From Macrostomum lignano (lineage: Eukaryota): 64,000 bases of DNA. The stretch is taken from NCBI GenBank assembly GCA_002269645.1, contig NIVC01003307.1:40780-104779 (forward strand), written 5' to 3'. Below the pieces are notes generated by a model that worked only from the letters and a program-made list of their open reading frames with translations, had not been told where the DNA came from and did no database searches. Below, piece after piece: positions 48,613-60,125 of this stretch (positions are counted from its first letter, which is position 1; the number at the start of each line of letters is the position of its first letter). The translations under genes and the position numbers were made by a program.

Positions 48613-50796
48613 TATATAATACTAAAAACATGCTTTAACGTAAAAAGTAAAAACCATTTAATCTAGGATCATCTCTTTTTTATCTTTGTATAATTATACA
48701 AGTATTTTGGTGAAAGTTTTGCACTTTTGGGAAATATTTATTGCTAAGTTAGCTGTTTGGCACCTAAAATTTCATTTTTAAATACCAGAGGACCAGATTT
48801 ATAAAAAAGTAACTTCTATTACCCAAGTCTAGCATTCTAAAAAAAGAACTAGAAAAAAGAGCCACTTTAAATTTTTAGTACTAAAAGTGCTAGAAATGCC
48901 AGAATGTTGTCCAGCACTGGAATATACTAATATATTACAAAAAATCTATAAAAAATTAGAACTTTTGCAGAAGCAACACATATTAGATGGCATTAATGGT
49001 TATCTGGCTTTCTAAGAAATCCACTATTACCACTCCCTCAACATCATAGAAGATAGTCACCAAATCTTGCTGCAAACCTTTCCACATAGAACTTCTTGGG
49101 GCCCACTAAACTTTGTGGCAGCCACTACTTGGATTGGACCTTAGACTTGGGATTGTACTGAAATATCCATGTTTCATCCCTAGTCACTAAGCGCTAATAA
49201 AAGTTTTCTGAATCAGTATTCAAGCAGTTTAGCAGGTTGATAGCACACCCAGTGCATTAAACCCAATGTTCAAGCCATAATAGCCATAGGACTCAGTGGG
49301 TATTCTATGGTCAGGAAGGTGCGCTATGTGTGCCACAATAAATCCCTAGTCAATTTTTTAATTGTACACTGTATGCCAAGTAAAAAAGTGCTGTGCATGC
49401 TAAGAAACTTATTTTAAATTTTGATTTTTTTCTTTAATATTAATAAATAACAATTGTTGTAATATTTTAATTTTTTAGTATATAAATGCCTAACACCCAT
49501 TTGACCCATCTGAACTAGACAGGTAAAATAGCCATTGGCCAAGGTAAGTTGCAAAATTAAAAATGCAAAAAATAAAAAATTGGAAGAAAGGAAGGAGAAG
49601 AGAGAGAGAGGGAGAAAAGAGAAAAGAAACATAGAAAAAAAAAGAAAAAGGCAAGTCATATACAAAATGAAAATTAAGTTGCAATTGGAGGAACTAAGTT
49701 GCAATTGGGAAGAACTAAGTCACAATTGGGAGGAACTAAATTGCAAATCTGGACAAAACTAAGTTGCACCAGATAGATAAAATTTTGAGGTTGGGTATAT
49801 ATGCTTCAGAAAAATATTGTTTGTAAATTTAGAAAAAACTTTTTTGTACTGTTTGAATTGAATTGAACATTTGAAAAGGAGCACATACACTTTATATATC
49901 ACACCTTACATGTAAACTAAGATTTTACTATTGATTGTACCAAGTGTGGCATACTATATGCTATGTATATGTTATGTGCAATAGAAAATTCCTTTGTATA
50001 CACCACATTTTTGCATGAAATCTATTACTTTTTTGATTGTGGCAGGTAATTAGCTTGCTCAGACCAAGACAATCTACATCACAATAGAATGAGCATTGCC
50101 ATAGGAGATAGCCACTTGGATAGCAATATCATCTATAGTCATGCACCAATCTTGCTTAATCACCTGGTGCATAGCTACCACATTTTCTTCCATACATAAT
50201 GTTGTGGGCCTTTCTGATTATTGGGCATCTTCTATGGACTTTTAGCCATTTTTAAAAGCCTAAATCTAGTAGTAAATGGTTCAATCTGATGGAGCAGTGT
50301 CCCTATGGACCTTCTTCAAATTATCAATGATTTTGGCTAGCTTCCAACTAAGTTTACAAGAAACTTCAACTTAGTGCAAGCTTTGATTTTTTAGTTTTTC
50401 ATTGCTAAAAGGGTATACATACTATGATACATACTACATACTATGAAGGGTATGCATTATCATATATATAGATATTTATCACTTTAGAAAAACCAAAACT
50501 CTGTCAAATAAAGAACAAAAGGTGTTTTTTTCAAATGAAACTAATTGCAATTCAATACCTTTTATATTTTAGACATTACAACAAAATTATCATTACTATT
50601 TTATGTTACCTGTATATATATATTATTTGAACAACTTGAATATAAGCTTATATATATTTTTTATGCCTAATATATTAGTAATTAGGGCCTAGGCTGAATA
50701 ATTTATTGATAATTAATCATATTCATAACACTTCTTTCAGTTAAGGCCTACTAGTACTAAAAATTTAATAAATAAAGCATAGAAAAATGTACTTAC

Positions 50797-50819
50797 AAGC
50801 TTAAAACTTCATAAATCAT
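50797..50819 (-). CDS. SACM1L: SAC1 exon 1 coding part (MIYEVLS-L)
   Basis: ATG at 50819; YEVLSL resembles the SAC1 N-terminal YEQLKL; the phase-2 donor GTAAGT matches the phase-2 acceptor of exon 2. The seven exons sum to 1902 nt (633 aa plus stop). Confidence 0.72.
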
Positions 50820-53127
50820 TATGCAAATATCAGTGCTTGTAACATTTGATTCAAAATCAGTTGAACCTATGCACTGCTATATAGTATGCATGCAGGGCTA
50901 GTAAACTAGGGGGCAGGGGCCTAGTTATTTTTTTATAATCTAGCTTAGATTTAGTAGGCCTGGCCCTATCTAAGGTCTAGTAAGGCCTATTTATTAAACC
51001 TCGACAAGATTATATTAAATTTCGCATAGTTTAACTAACCACCTAGGCAGATGTAAATGATTGATAGGCCCATCATATCATACCCCGTTTTACTTGACAG
51101 ATTAGGGTAGCCAGAAGGGGCCTAAATTTAGGCATAACTTGAGTCAACTTAATTTGTTGGACAGGTAAATCAGTTAGCTATTGGCATGACCAAGCAGAGT
51201 GGGATACGTGATTTAATATAATGGAGGTGATGTTGGTAGTTTATAAGTCAATAAGCTGCCGTGGGGATAGGCTGAAAATATTCGACACGGATCCGTGAGA
51301 ATAAACTTGGAATTATCAGCACAGGACTGGCCTGGCAGGTTGTCGGTTGACCATTGAAGACTCAGTTTGACATCACTAGGTCTAGCAAACAGCCCATTTG
51401 ACAATACGTAGACAGCGCGCTATGCTTAGCCTCTTAAGGATGTATATTATTTACCAAATTCTTAATTAAAGGCTAGCTAAATTTACTTTCTCGCATGTCT
51501 AGCATCTTCGTGTATCTAGATGTCTCACAAATGACAAATGTCTCACAAAATAAAAATTGTTCAAATCGTGCAATAACATTAGAGTTATAACAAAGGCTCT
51601 GCAACTTCCGTATTGACATTATTAAAGTGTAATTAAATTTGGTAGATTGCAAACATTTAAAAGTAACTATAGAAAATATTAACGTTTATAGCTATAGTCT
51701 GTACGACCTATTTATCCAAAATTTAATTTCTGAAGGCTTAATTAAGTCCATATGCTAGCTTACAAATTTAGAACGTCCAGACTCTAAACTGTACGATGTG
51801 AGATGTGTTAGCGAGTAAAAATTAGCTACATAGCTCGAAACCTACACGAGTTATGCAAATGCAGTGTTTAACTGTTCTCCTTGCATGCATGTATCGGAAT
51901 TCCAGCTATTATATATGGCTTGACACAATCAACAAAGACGCATGATGCAGACCAAAAACCTCAACGCAGACTGATAAACGTAATCTAGATGCTCATATTA
52001 TCAAATTAGTTTAATTTAGTTAAATTTAATTTGTAAAAGTTTGTGTACACGAAGCAACTCCAAACTGTTGATCAAAGCAGCTATAATTTTACTGAATTAA
52101 TACAATTTCAATACCTAACACGTAGCTACTTGATTGGTCCTATACTAGGTGAAGGCAGGGTTACATTAAGTGCAAATACATTCTGCAAGGACTACTAGAC
52201 TAGACTATAACGAAGTGTTCCTAGTAGTCCTTAGCTTGATACATTCCTGGATGATGTATGGGCTATGAAATTTGTAGTAATAGTTTTGGGTCTATGAAAT
52301 TTGCTTGCCGAGGTTTGCCAGCCACAGTTGCAATGATTGGCATTGGTGCTCGCAACTTGTGCAAACCAGCTTTAGTGATCAGCCACCCCCTGCCTTTGTG
52401 CATCTGTGTGGGGCGGGCTGTACTTAGCCCCTCCCCGGCCTCCGCTGGCTATTAGCACGCTGTTTCAGCGGTGCGCTCACTGTTATGATTTGCTAAAATT
52501 TTTTTTCTTACGCGTTGACATTTAATTTTAATTTCCAATTTATCTCCTTTTAAATTGTCTTGTCTCCTTTGTCGTATATAGTTCGTCGGAGGCCGCTTCG
52601 CTTTGTGCGCTCCGCTTTGCTTTCGCTCTCGCTTGGCCAATTTGCTGTCTTCTGCATTCGTGGGGGCTGGTCACTAATTTCTTGCAGAACCTTAAATGAC
52701 CTATTATTGAGGTCTTGTATTTCCAATTTTCATTTTCTAAGATTCGTGGAAGTCGCCTATAGTGTTATGATTTTGTATGAGGATATGGCAGATTTGAAAA
52801 GCCCTAATGCGGAAATGGAATAATTTAGTTTTTTACTGGGAATACATTTTCAACAAAAATTGGACACAATTTCGAACAATGCACATATCGAATAGTCATT
52901 TCATACTTAGAATGAAACTCTATAAGCCTAGTTTGAAAGCTTAGTGTCAAGTCAGTTTACATCGATGCTGATAAGAATCCACTTGCAAAGCATCTGTAGT
53001 AGGTAATAATTGACTGACCAACTTCACAAGCACTCAAAACAAGCAAGCAGACAAGAAAATAATTCGGTAAATTAAAACCTTGCAATTGTGATTGCGAATT
53101 TCGGAATTTCTAGGAAGTAGACATCAA

Positions 53128-53255
53128 AATTCCGCAAGCAAAGTTCGGCAAGCAAAGTTCGGCAAGCAAAGTTCGGCAAGCAAAATTCCGCAAGCAAAGC
53201 TCGGCAAGCAAAGTTCGGCAAGCAAAGTTCGGCAAGCAAACTTCCCGCAAGCAAA
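53128..53255. repeat. 14-bp tandem repeat (GGCAAGCAAAGTTC)n
   Basis: Direct periodicity. Confidence 0.9.
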
Positions 53256-54045
53256 CGTCGTACTCCCTTTTCCAATATATGAGGTGGAATTGGTGCCATG
53301 TCGTTTTGTTATCTAACGTTGATCAGGGCAAACACGGCGAGTACAACGCACCCACCACCCCACAAGACAGTCAACACCCAGACAGCCCCCCTTCTTGCAC
53401 TAAGGGCGGTAAGCCTTCGCGGGCTCGCGCAAACTGATTCAAAGTGTTAAAAATGACAATATAAAAGTGATAAACAATGACATGCCGGTCTCAGCGACAA
53501 TGCGCTAGAGTAAGTATTTTGCAGAGTTAAACAATGGCCATAGACACTGTGCGCGACTAGGCAATCTACCATTGCTCACGCACCACTCACGACGCTTTAA
53601 TTGTTAAATCCCTAAGCAAGGCTTCATTGTTTTGGCGGAATTTTTTTTCAGAAAAAAGCGCAGAGCTCTTGAATCAAAGTCGTTTTTTACAACAATGCTC
53701 TCAGCTAATCGCTTGGCTGCTTCTTGAAGCCAGAGCGCTGAGCAGAAACAATTGCGCCATCTGGGATGGAGGAGGTGGTTGGTTCCAAGTGATTCCAAGC
53801 CTTCTAATGGAAAAGGCGGGAGGAGTTTAAAAGCAGGGGGATTATGAGCAGCAAAACAGCTCTCTCGTTGTTATGGATACGGCATCCCAACCACCTCCCC
53901 CCGAAGTGAAACTGCAAGCGATCAATACGCCGGGGGCGAGGCGATTGTTGAGTATATCTATACTCGCTACAAATTGCTGCAGAAGCAGAATTATTGCAAT
54001 TGCCTCGCAGAGCACAAAGCTTACAAGCACAGCAACCGAAGCGGT

Positions 54046-54923
54046 ATGGAGAGGCCTGTCTCAATCACACCCGTCTTGCTGGCCCTGTACTTCATCGCCA
54101 GCTTCTGCGTACTGAAAGTTCAATCCGCCAGTTCAAGCGAGTCTTTTCATGCACTTTTGTACTTTTAACATGTACCTTATCTGCTGAATTTTGCATAGCA
54201 CTTGGAAATTCTAAATCATCGAAATCGTTATGTGATCATCATACTTTCATTGCAACCAATCTGCCGATCTCTATACCTAATCTGCCAATCTTAGCAACCA
54301 ATCTGCCGATCTCTATACCTAGTCTGCCAATCTCGATGACCAATCTGCCGATCTCTATACCTAATCTGCCAATCTTAGCAACCAATCTGCCGATCTCTAT
54401 ACCTAATCTGCCAATCTCGATGACCAATCTGCCGATCTCTATACCTAATCTGCCAATCTTAGCAACCAATCTGCCAATCTCGATGACCAATCTGCCGATC
54501 TCTATACCTAATCTGCCAATCTCGATGACCAATCTGCCGATATTAGCAACCAATCTGCCGATCTTGGCAACTAATCTGCCGATCTTAGCAACCAATCTGC
54601 CGATCTCTTTAACCAATCTGCCTATTTCGGTAATCAAACTCCATAGCTTTCAATTCAAGTGCATCACAAGAGACAGAATCTGTTGAGACCAGCAGATCCC
54701 CCGGCACATTCCAGACACGGTGTTTCACAAGGTTTCCATCACTGGCGCCAGCTGCTCAGCGGTGGAAACGCCCACTTCGGGATTGAAAGCCCTGTTGGAG
54801 TGCGCCGTTCTGTGCGCCCAGAACAGCGCCTGTCTGTCCTTCATCTACAACGGAACGGACTGCGTCATCTCGAATCGAAACGACTGCTCCACAGTCAGCT
54901 CAACGCAGATGTTCATCAAATAG
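54046..54923 (+). CDS. Small secreted PAN/apple-domain protein; putative exons 54046-54108 (signal peptide) and 54696-54923
   Basis: Exon 2 encodes C...LECAVLCAQNSACLSFIYNGTDCVIS...C, a PAN-like Cys pattern. The upstream hydrophobic MERPVSITPVLLALYFIASFC fits a signal peptide. The donor (GTACTG) and acceptor are weak. Confidence 0.55.
54255..54630. repeat. 21-bp tandem repeat with alternating variants (..ACCAATCTGCCGATCTCTATA..)
   Basis: Direct periodicity; lies in the putative PAN gene intron. Confidence 0.92.
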
Positions 54924-54955
54924 TGACCGCGAGGAGCTTTGTGCCGCACCTGAAC

Positions 54956-54957
<2 letters not shown>

Positions 54958-55036
<79 letters not shown>
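54958..55036. repeat. (CT)n microsatellite
   Basis: Seen directly. Confidence 0.95.
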
Positions 55037-55039
<3 letters not shown>

Positions 55040-55394
55040 GAGACACAACGATGGCTCAAACCACTGACTATTTTCAAATTAAACAAATTTCTCTGAAGAA
55101 ATAAATTGACAAAATCAGCAAAGTCTGCAACTCGCTTATTAAGCTATTTATCGGATAAAGTTTGCTTACACATTCACTGACAGAGAACCCGTTTTGCAAA
55201 TAATTTATATACTTTTTGTACACGCGCACAGACGCACAGGGGAGACACAAATAAATGGAGAGAGAGATTGCGCAACTGCTGTGGCATGGTTGACAGGAAA
55301 GGAAATATAAAATTTGTAACTATAGTTTCCAAAAAACCAACCGAGAGTCGGCCTGCACTACGCAATAAGTCACAACGTACATTTCCAAACTGTA

Positions 55395-55770
55395 AATCTT
55401 AATGTACAATTCCAGCTGTACATCTCAATGTACAATTCCAGCTGTACATCTCAATGTACAATTCCAGCTGTACATCTCAATGTACAATTCCAGCTGTACA
55501 TCACAATGTACATTTCCAAATTGTACATCACAATGTACATTTCCAGATTGTACATCACAATGTACATTTCCAATTTGTACATCACAATGTACATTTTCAA
55601 TTTGTACATCACAATGTACATTGACAATTTGTACATCACAATGTACATTTCCAAATTGTACATCACAATGTACATTTCCAGATTGTACATCACAATGTAC
55701 ATTTCTTAACTGTAAATCTCAATGTACAATTCCAGCTGTACATCTCAATGTACATTTCCAAACTGCACAA
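55395..55770. repeat. 27-bp tandem repeat (TACATCACAATGTACATTTCCAAATTG)n
   Basis: Direct periodicity. Confidence 0.92.
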
Positions 55771-57070
55771 ATTGACAGTCACGCGACGCGCAAAAGCCAT
55801 AAAATTTAAGACCGCACTCTCAGCCGATTGAACTGTGACAATTATTATAATAAGACGAGGCATGATTTGTTCGAGAGATAAGAGAACAGGCTGACTAAAA
55901 CACAATTGCGAGTTTGTGCAACAGCTGAGGGCGGGGGGCACGCAGCGGGAGTGTAACAGTAGCAGAAAGTGTAACGTGAACAGAAAAACACAATAGCAAA
56001 CGAAAACATCGAATGGCCAACTGGTGATGCTGTTGATGAAGATCTAAGGGACTAAAAAGCGGATTCAAATATGCAGGACAATATTGGGATGTAAAAAAGC
56101 ATTGGTATTATATTATAGTTGCATTTTCCTCAGGTGCACAGTAAATGAATGAATGACAGCTGTATTAATTCTCTTGCGTGTGTGTGTGCGAGCGACATTG
56201 CGCTTGCCTTGCCAGACTAATACAAGCAAACAAACAAATGAATGAGAAAAATGCCATTTAAATCAACAAATAACTGTCTTACAGCTAGTTGGGGGTTAAT
56301 AAGTGCCAGTCTATGCATAGTATTAATAATAGTAACGGATTACAATTAGTTAATTATACATGAAAGCGAACAGAAACTAATAGAATAAAGCAGCTTATGC
56401 ACTAATATGTTATAGAGCAATAATAATAATAAAAATGCCTAAACACAACAAAATAATTGCCAATGTAATATTTTTAATAAACTAAAAATAGAATATAAGC
56501 TTAAGCACTATGAGTAAATAGACGGCTGTAAACCCAAGCAGCACAATGATACAAATCATCCTTATCATCATCAATTTGAATTGGGACAAAAATGAATCAT
56601 AATTAAATTATTTATTAAAACAAATCGAGGAGACCGGACAACAGCAAAATGCAATAATAAAATTATAACAAAACTGGAGATTGCCTCGCAAACGGGTGGG
56701 TGAAAAGCGGATAATATATGGGGAAATTGCTTGAACCAAAACTGGACTTTCTGCCCGGCTTGTGCCAAATAAAATTGAAGCGAAACACACACAGAGCAGC
56801 TGCGCACTTTTATCTCACAATTAGTTCACAAAAATATAATTATATACAATTAAAAAGTAAGACGGGCGAGGACAAAAAAGGTCATAGCAGATGCATTAAT
56901 TTCCTATTATTATTTATACTAAACCTGCTTGAATACACGGAAGAGAGGTGCCGAGAACTGAAGTGCAAACAGTTTTAAGTGTATAAATGGTAGGTATGTT
57001 TGCTATATATACTACTTACTATAAACTGCTGGGCAGTAGCATTTTAAAAGACGCTTCATTCAATATTAAA

Positions 57071-58399
57071 TCACTTTTTCGTGCTCAAGTCGAGCACCCC
57101 ATCAGATGAGTCGGCTGAGACTGAGGCGGCTGCTGCTGGAGCTGCTGGAGCTGATGAAGCAGCGGCAGCTGAGGAGGCAGCGGATGAACGCGGCTGGTGA
57201 CTGGCCGCTGCAGTCGACGCCGCCTGCTGCTGCAGCTTGGCCGGCCGCCGAGCCGACCGACTGCCGCTGCCGGCGTGCGACGACGATGAAGCCTGCGCTG
57301 CCGCCGCCGCCGCCGACGACCTGCCGTGATGGTTTGAAGACGCCGAGCCAGCCAACCGGCTGAGCTCCTTCGCCGAGGCTGAGGCGGCCAACAGGGCGGC
57401 CGATGAAGCGGAATCTTTGCCGCCGCCAGCTGCTCGGGCGTGATGACCGGCAATCGACGAGGCGGACGAGGACGAAGCCGAGCCAGCGGCGCCGGCGCTG
57501 CCCAGAGCGGCGGCCATGCCGTTGCCGAGCTGGGAGGCGGCCGCGGCGCCCAGATAATTGGCGTAGCCGCCCTGTGCGAGCAGCTGGCTGTAGAACAGCG
57601 GATTCGAATACGCGGCCGCGTACTGGGCATAAGCGGCTAGCAGGGCCGCCTGGCCGCCGTCGTCCATCCCGCCAGCTGACAGAGCGAGCGCCGCTGCTGC
57701 CGCCTGCTGTTGCTGCTGCTGCTGTTGTTGCTGTTGCTGCTGCTGTTGCTGTTGCTGCTGCTGCTGCACCGCGGCCAGCTGAGCGGCGGCAATGGCTGCC
57801 GCTGTGGAATTGGCCACCGCAGCCGAAGCTGACGTTGCAACGGAGGTCGGCACCGAGGCGGCCGCGACCGCCGATGCCGCCGACGACGACGATGTTGAAG
57901 TCAGGCCGGCCAGGGCGGCCAGCGAAGCGGCCGAAGATGCCGAGGAGGCGGAGGCGGTGGCGGAAGACTTTGCCGCTCGACTGGAGCTTTTAGTAGCCGA
58001 TTTGACCCGTTCGGTGCCGCCAGCTGATGATGCAGATGCCGCCTGAGACTGCTGCTGCTGATGCTGGTGCAGCGACTCCAGCAGCTTGTCTGTACTAGTC
58101 GACGACGCGTGGTGGCTGCTGCCTGTCGAAGTACCGGCGGCTGCAGCGGCAGCAGCGGCGGCGGCGGCGGATGACGCGTCCAAGCCGGAGGCCGGGCCCA
58201 TCAAGCCGGCGGCAGCGTAGGCAGCCTGATAGTACTGCTGCAGCGGATAATAATTTGGCATTAAGCCGTACTGCGAAGCTGAGAAGCCGGTCATCATCTG
58301 CATGTACTGTGTGTAGGCCAGGGCCTCCAGCGTCTGCTGCAGCTGGGTGGGATCCTGGCCTCTGGCCGTGGCCACACGGGCGTAGATCTCTTGATCCTC
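57071..58399 (-). CDS. CHD7: CHD7/kismet-like remodeller, last coding exon (Ala/Ser/Gln-rich tail ending GVLDLSTKK)
   Basis: The phase-0 acceptor CGCCAG at 58400 matches the phase-0 donor at 60125; open frame to TGA 57071-57073. Confidence 0.75.
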   Translation of the reverse strand, partial: EDQEIYARVATARGQDPTQLQQTLEALAYTQYMQMMTGFSASQYGLMPNYYPLQQYYQAAYAAAGLMGPASGLDASSAAAAAAAAAAAGTSTGSSHHASSTSTDKLLESLHQHQQQQSQAASASSAGGTERVKSATKSSSRAAKSSATASASSASSAASLAALAGLTSTSSSSAASAVAAASVPTSVATSASAAVANSTAAAIAAAQLAAVQQQQQQQQQQQQQQQQQQQQQAAAAALALSAGGMDDGGQAALLAAYAQYAAAYSNPLFYSQLLAQGGYANYLGAAAASQLGNGMAAALGSAGAAGSASSSSASSIAGHHARAAGGGKDSASSAALLAASASAKELSRLAGSASSNHHGRSSAAAAAAQASSSSHAGSGSRSARRPAKLQQQAASTAAASHQPRSSAASSAAAASSAPAAPAAAASVSADSSDGVLDLSTKK

Positions 58400-58679
58400 C
58401 TGGCGAGCGATAGTGTTGCATATTAATATAAGTTACTAAGGCTGAACTGCTGATACTACTTACTAGTTCAGTAGATAAAAACAGTAGTTACGTAGGATAC
58501 TGATACCAAACAGGGGGAGATGCGGCTTTAGCCAGTTTCATTGGTGACCGTCAAAAATGCGACACTACCTGTCACAATTGTGACCATCGTAGTGACCTTT
58601 CTGAATTAGGCTTGTTTAAGAAAAACATAAACGTCAAAATACGAACAAGTTGGTATCAGTGACCGTTTATTTGACAGTC

Positions 58680-59985
58680 AAACCCACAACCCACAACCAG
58701 ATGAACCCACAACCAGATGAACCCACAACCAGATGAACCCACAACCAGATGAGCCCACAACCAGATGAGCCCACAACCAGATGAGCCCACAACCAGATGA
58801 ACCCACAACCAGATGAACCCATCAGATGAGCCCACAACCAGATGAACCCACAACCAGATGAGCCCACAACCAGATGAGCCCACAACCAGATGAGCCCACA
58901 ACCAGATGAACCCACAACCAGATGAACCCATCAGATGAGCCCACAACCAGATGAACCCACAACCAGATGAACCCACAACCAGATGAACCCACAACTAGAT
59001 GAACCCACAACCAGATGAACCCACAACCAGATGAACCCACAACCAGATGAACCCACAACCAGATGAACCCACAACCAGATGAGCCCACAACCAGATAAGC
59101 CCACAACCAGATGAACCCACAACCAGATGAACCCACAACCAGATGAACCCACAACCAGATGAACCCACAACCAGATGAGCCCACAACCAGATGAACCCAC
59201 AGCCAGATGAACCCACAACCAGATGAGCCCACAACCAGATGAACCCACAACTAGATGAACCCACAACCAGATGAACCCACAACTAGATGAACCCACAACC
59301 AGATGAACCCACAACCAGATGAACCCACAACCAGATGAACCCACAACCAGATGAACCCACAACCAGATGAACCCACCAGATGAGCCCACAACCAGATGAA
59401 CCCACAGCCAGATGAACCCACAACCAGATGAACCCACAACCAATGAGCCCACAACCAGAGCACACACAACCAATGAACCCACAACCAGATGAGCCCACAA
59501 CCAGATAAGCCCACAACCAGATGAACCCACAACCAGATGAACCCACAACCAGATGAACCCACAACCAGATGAACCCACAACTAGATGAACCCACAACCAG
59601 ATGAGCCCACAACCAGATAAGCCCACAACCAGATGAACCCACAACCAGATGAACCCACAACCAGATGAACCCACAACCAGATGAACCCACAACCAGATGA
59701 ACCCACCAGATGAGCCCACAACCAGATGAACCCACAACCAGATGAACCCACAACCAGATGAACCCACAACCAGATGAACCCACAACCAGATGAACCCACC
59801 AGATGAGCCCACAACCAGATGAACCCACAACCAGATGAACCCACAACCAGATGAACCCACAACCAATGAGCCCACAACCAGAGCACACACAACCAATGAA
59901 CCCACAACCAGATGAACCCACAACCAATGAGCCCACAACCAGAGCACACACAACCAATGAGCCCACAGCCAGAGCACACACAAGC
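58680..59985. repeat. 16-bp tandem repeat (CCCACAACCAGATGAA)n in the CHD7 last intron
   Basis: Direct periodicity, ~80 copies. Confidence 0.95.
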
Positions 59986-60125
59986 GCACTCACACACGCG
60001 CTCACACAAGGTGTACAGCGCGGCCTTGACTTTCTAATTGTGAAGCATGTACAGTCTCTGTGCCTTGGGGCTTGGCCTTGATTTAAGCCAGTGTCATAAA
60101 ACCCAACCCTCCCACGCAAGCTCAC

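Noticed and set aside
49166-49180. TCCATGTTTCATCCC resembling a fifth snoRNA guide
   Set aside because: It is on the wrong strand relative to the host gene, has a mismatch in the guide, and has no box C, box D or terminal stem.
51213-51404. 63-aa minus-strand ORF upstream of SAC1 exon 1
   Set aside because: No recognisable homology and no phase-compatible strong donor; more likely UTR or promoter sequence.
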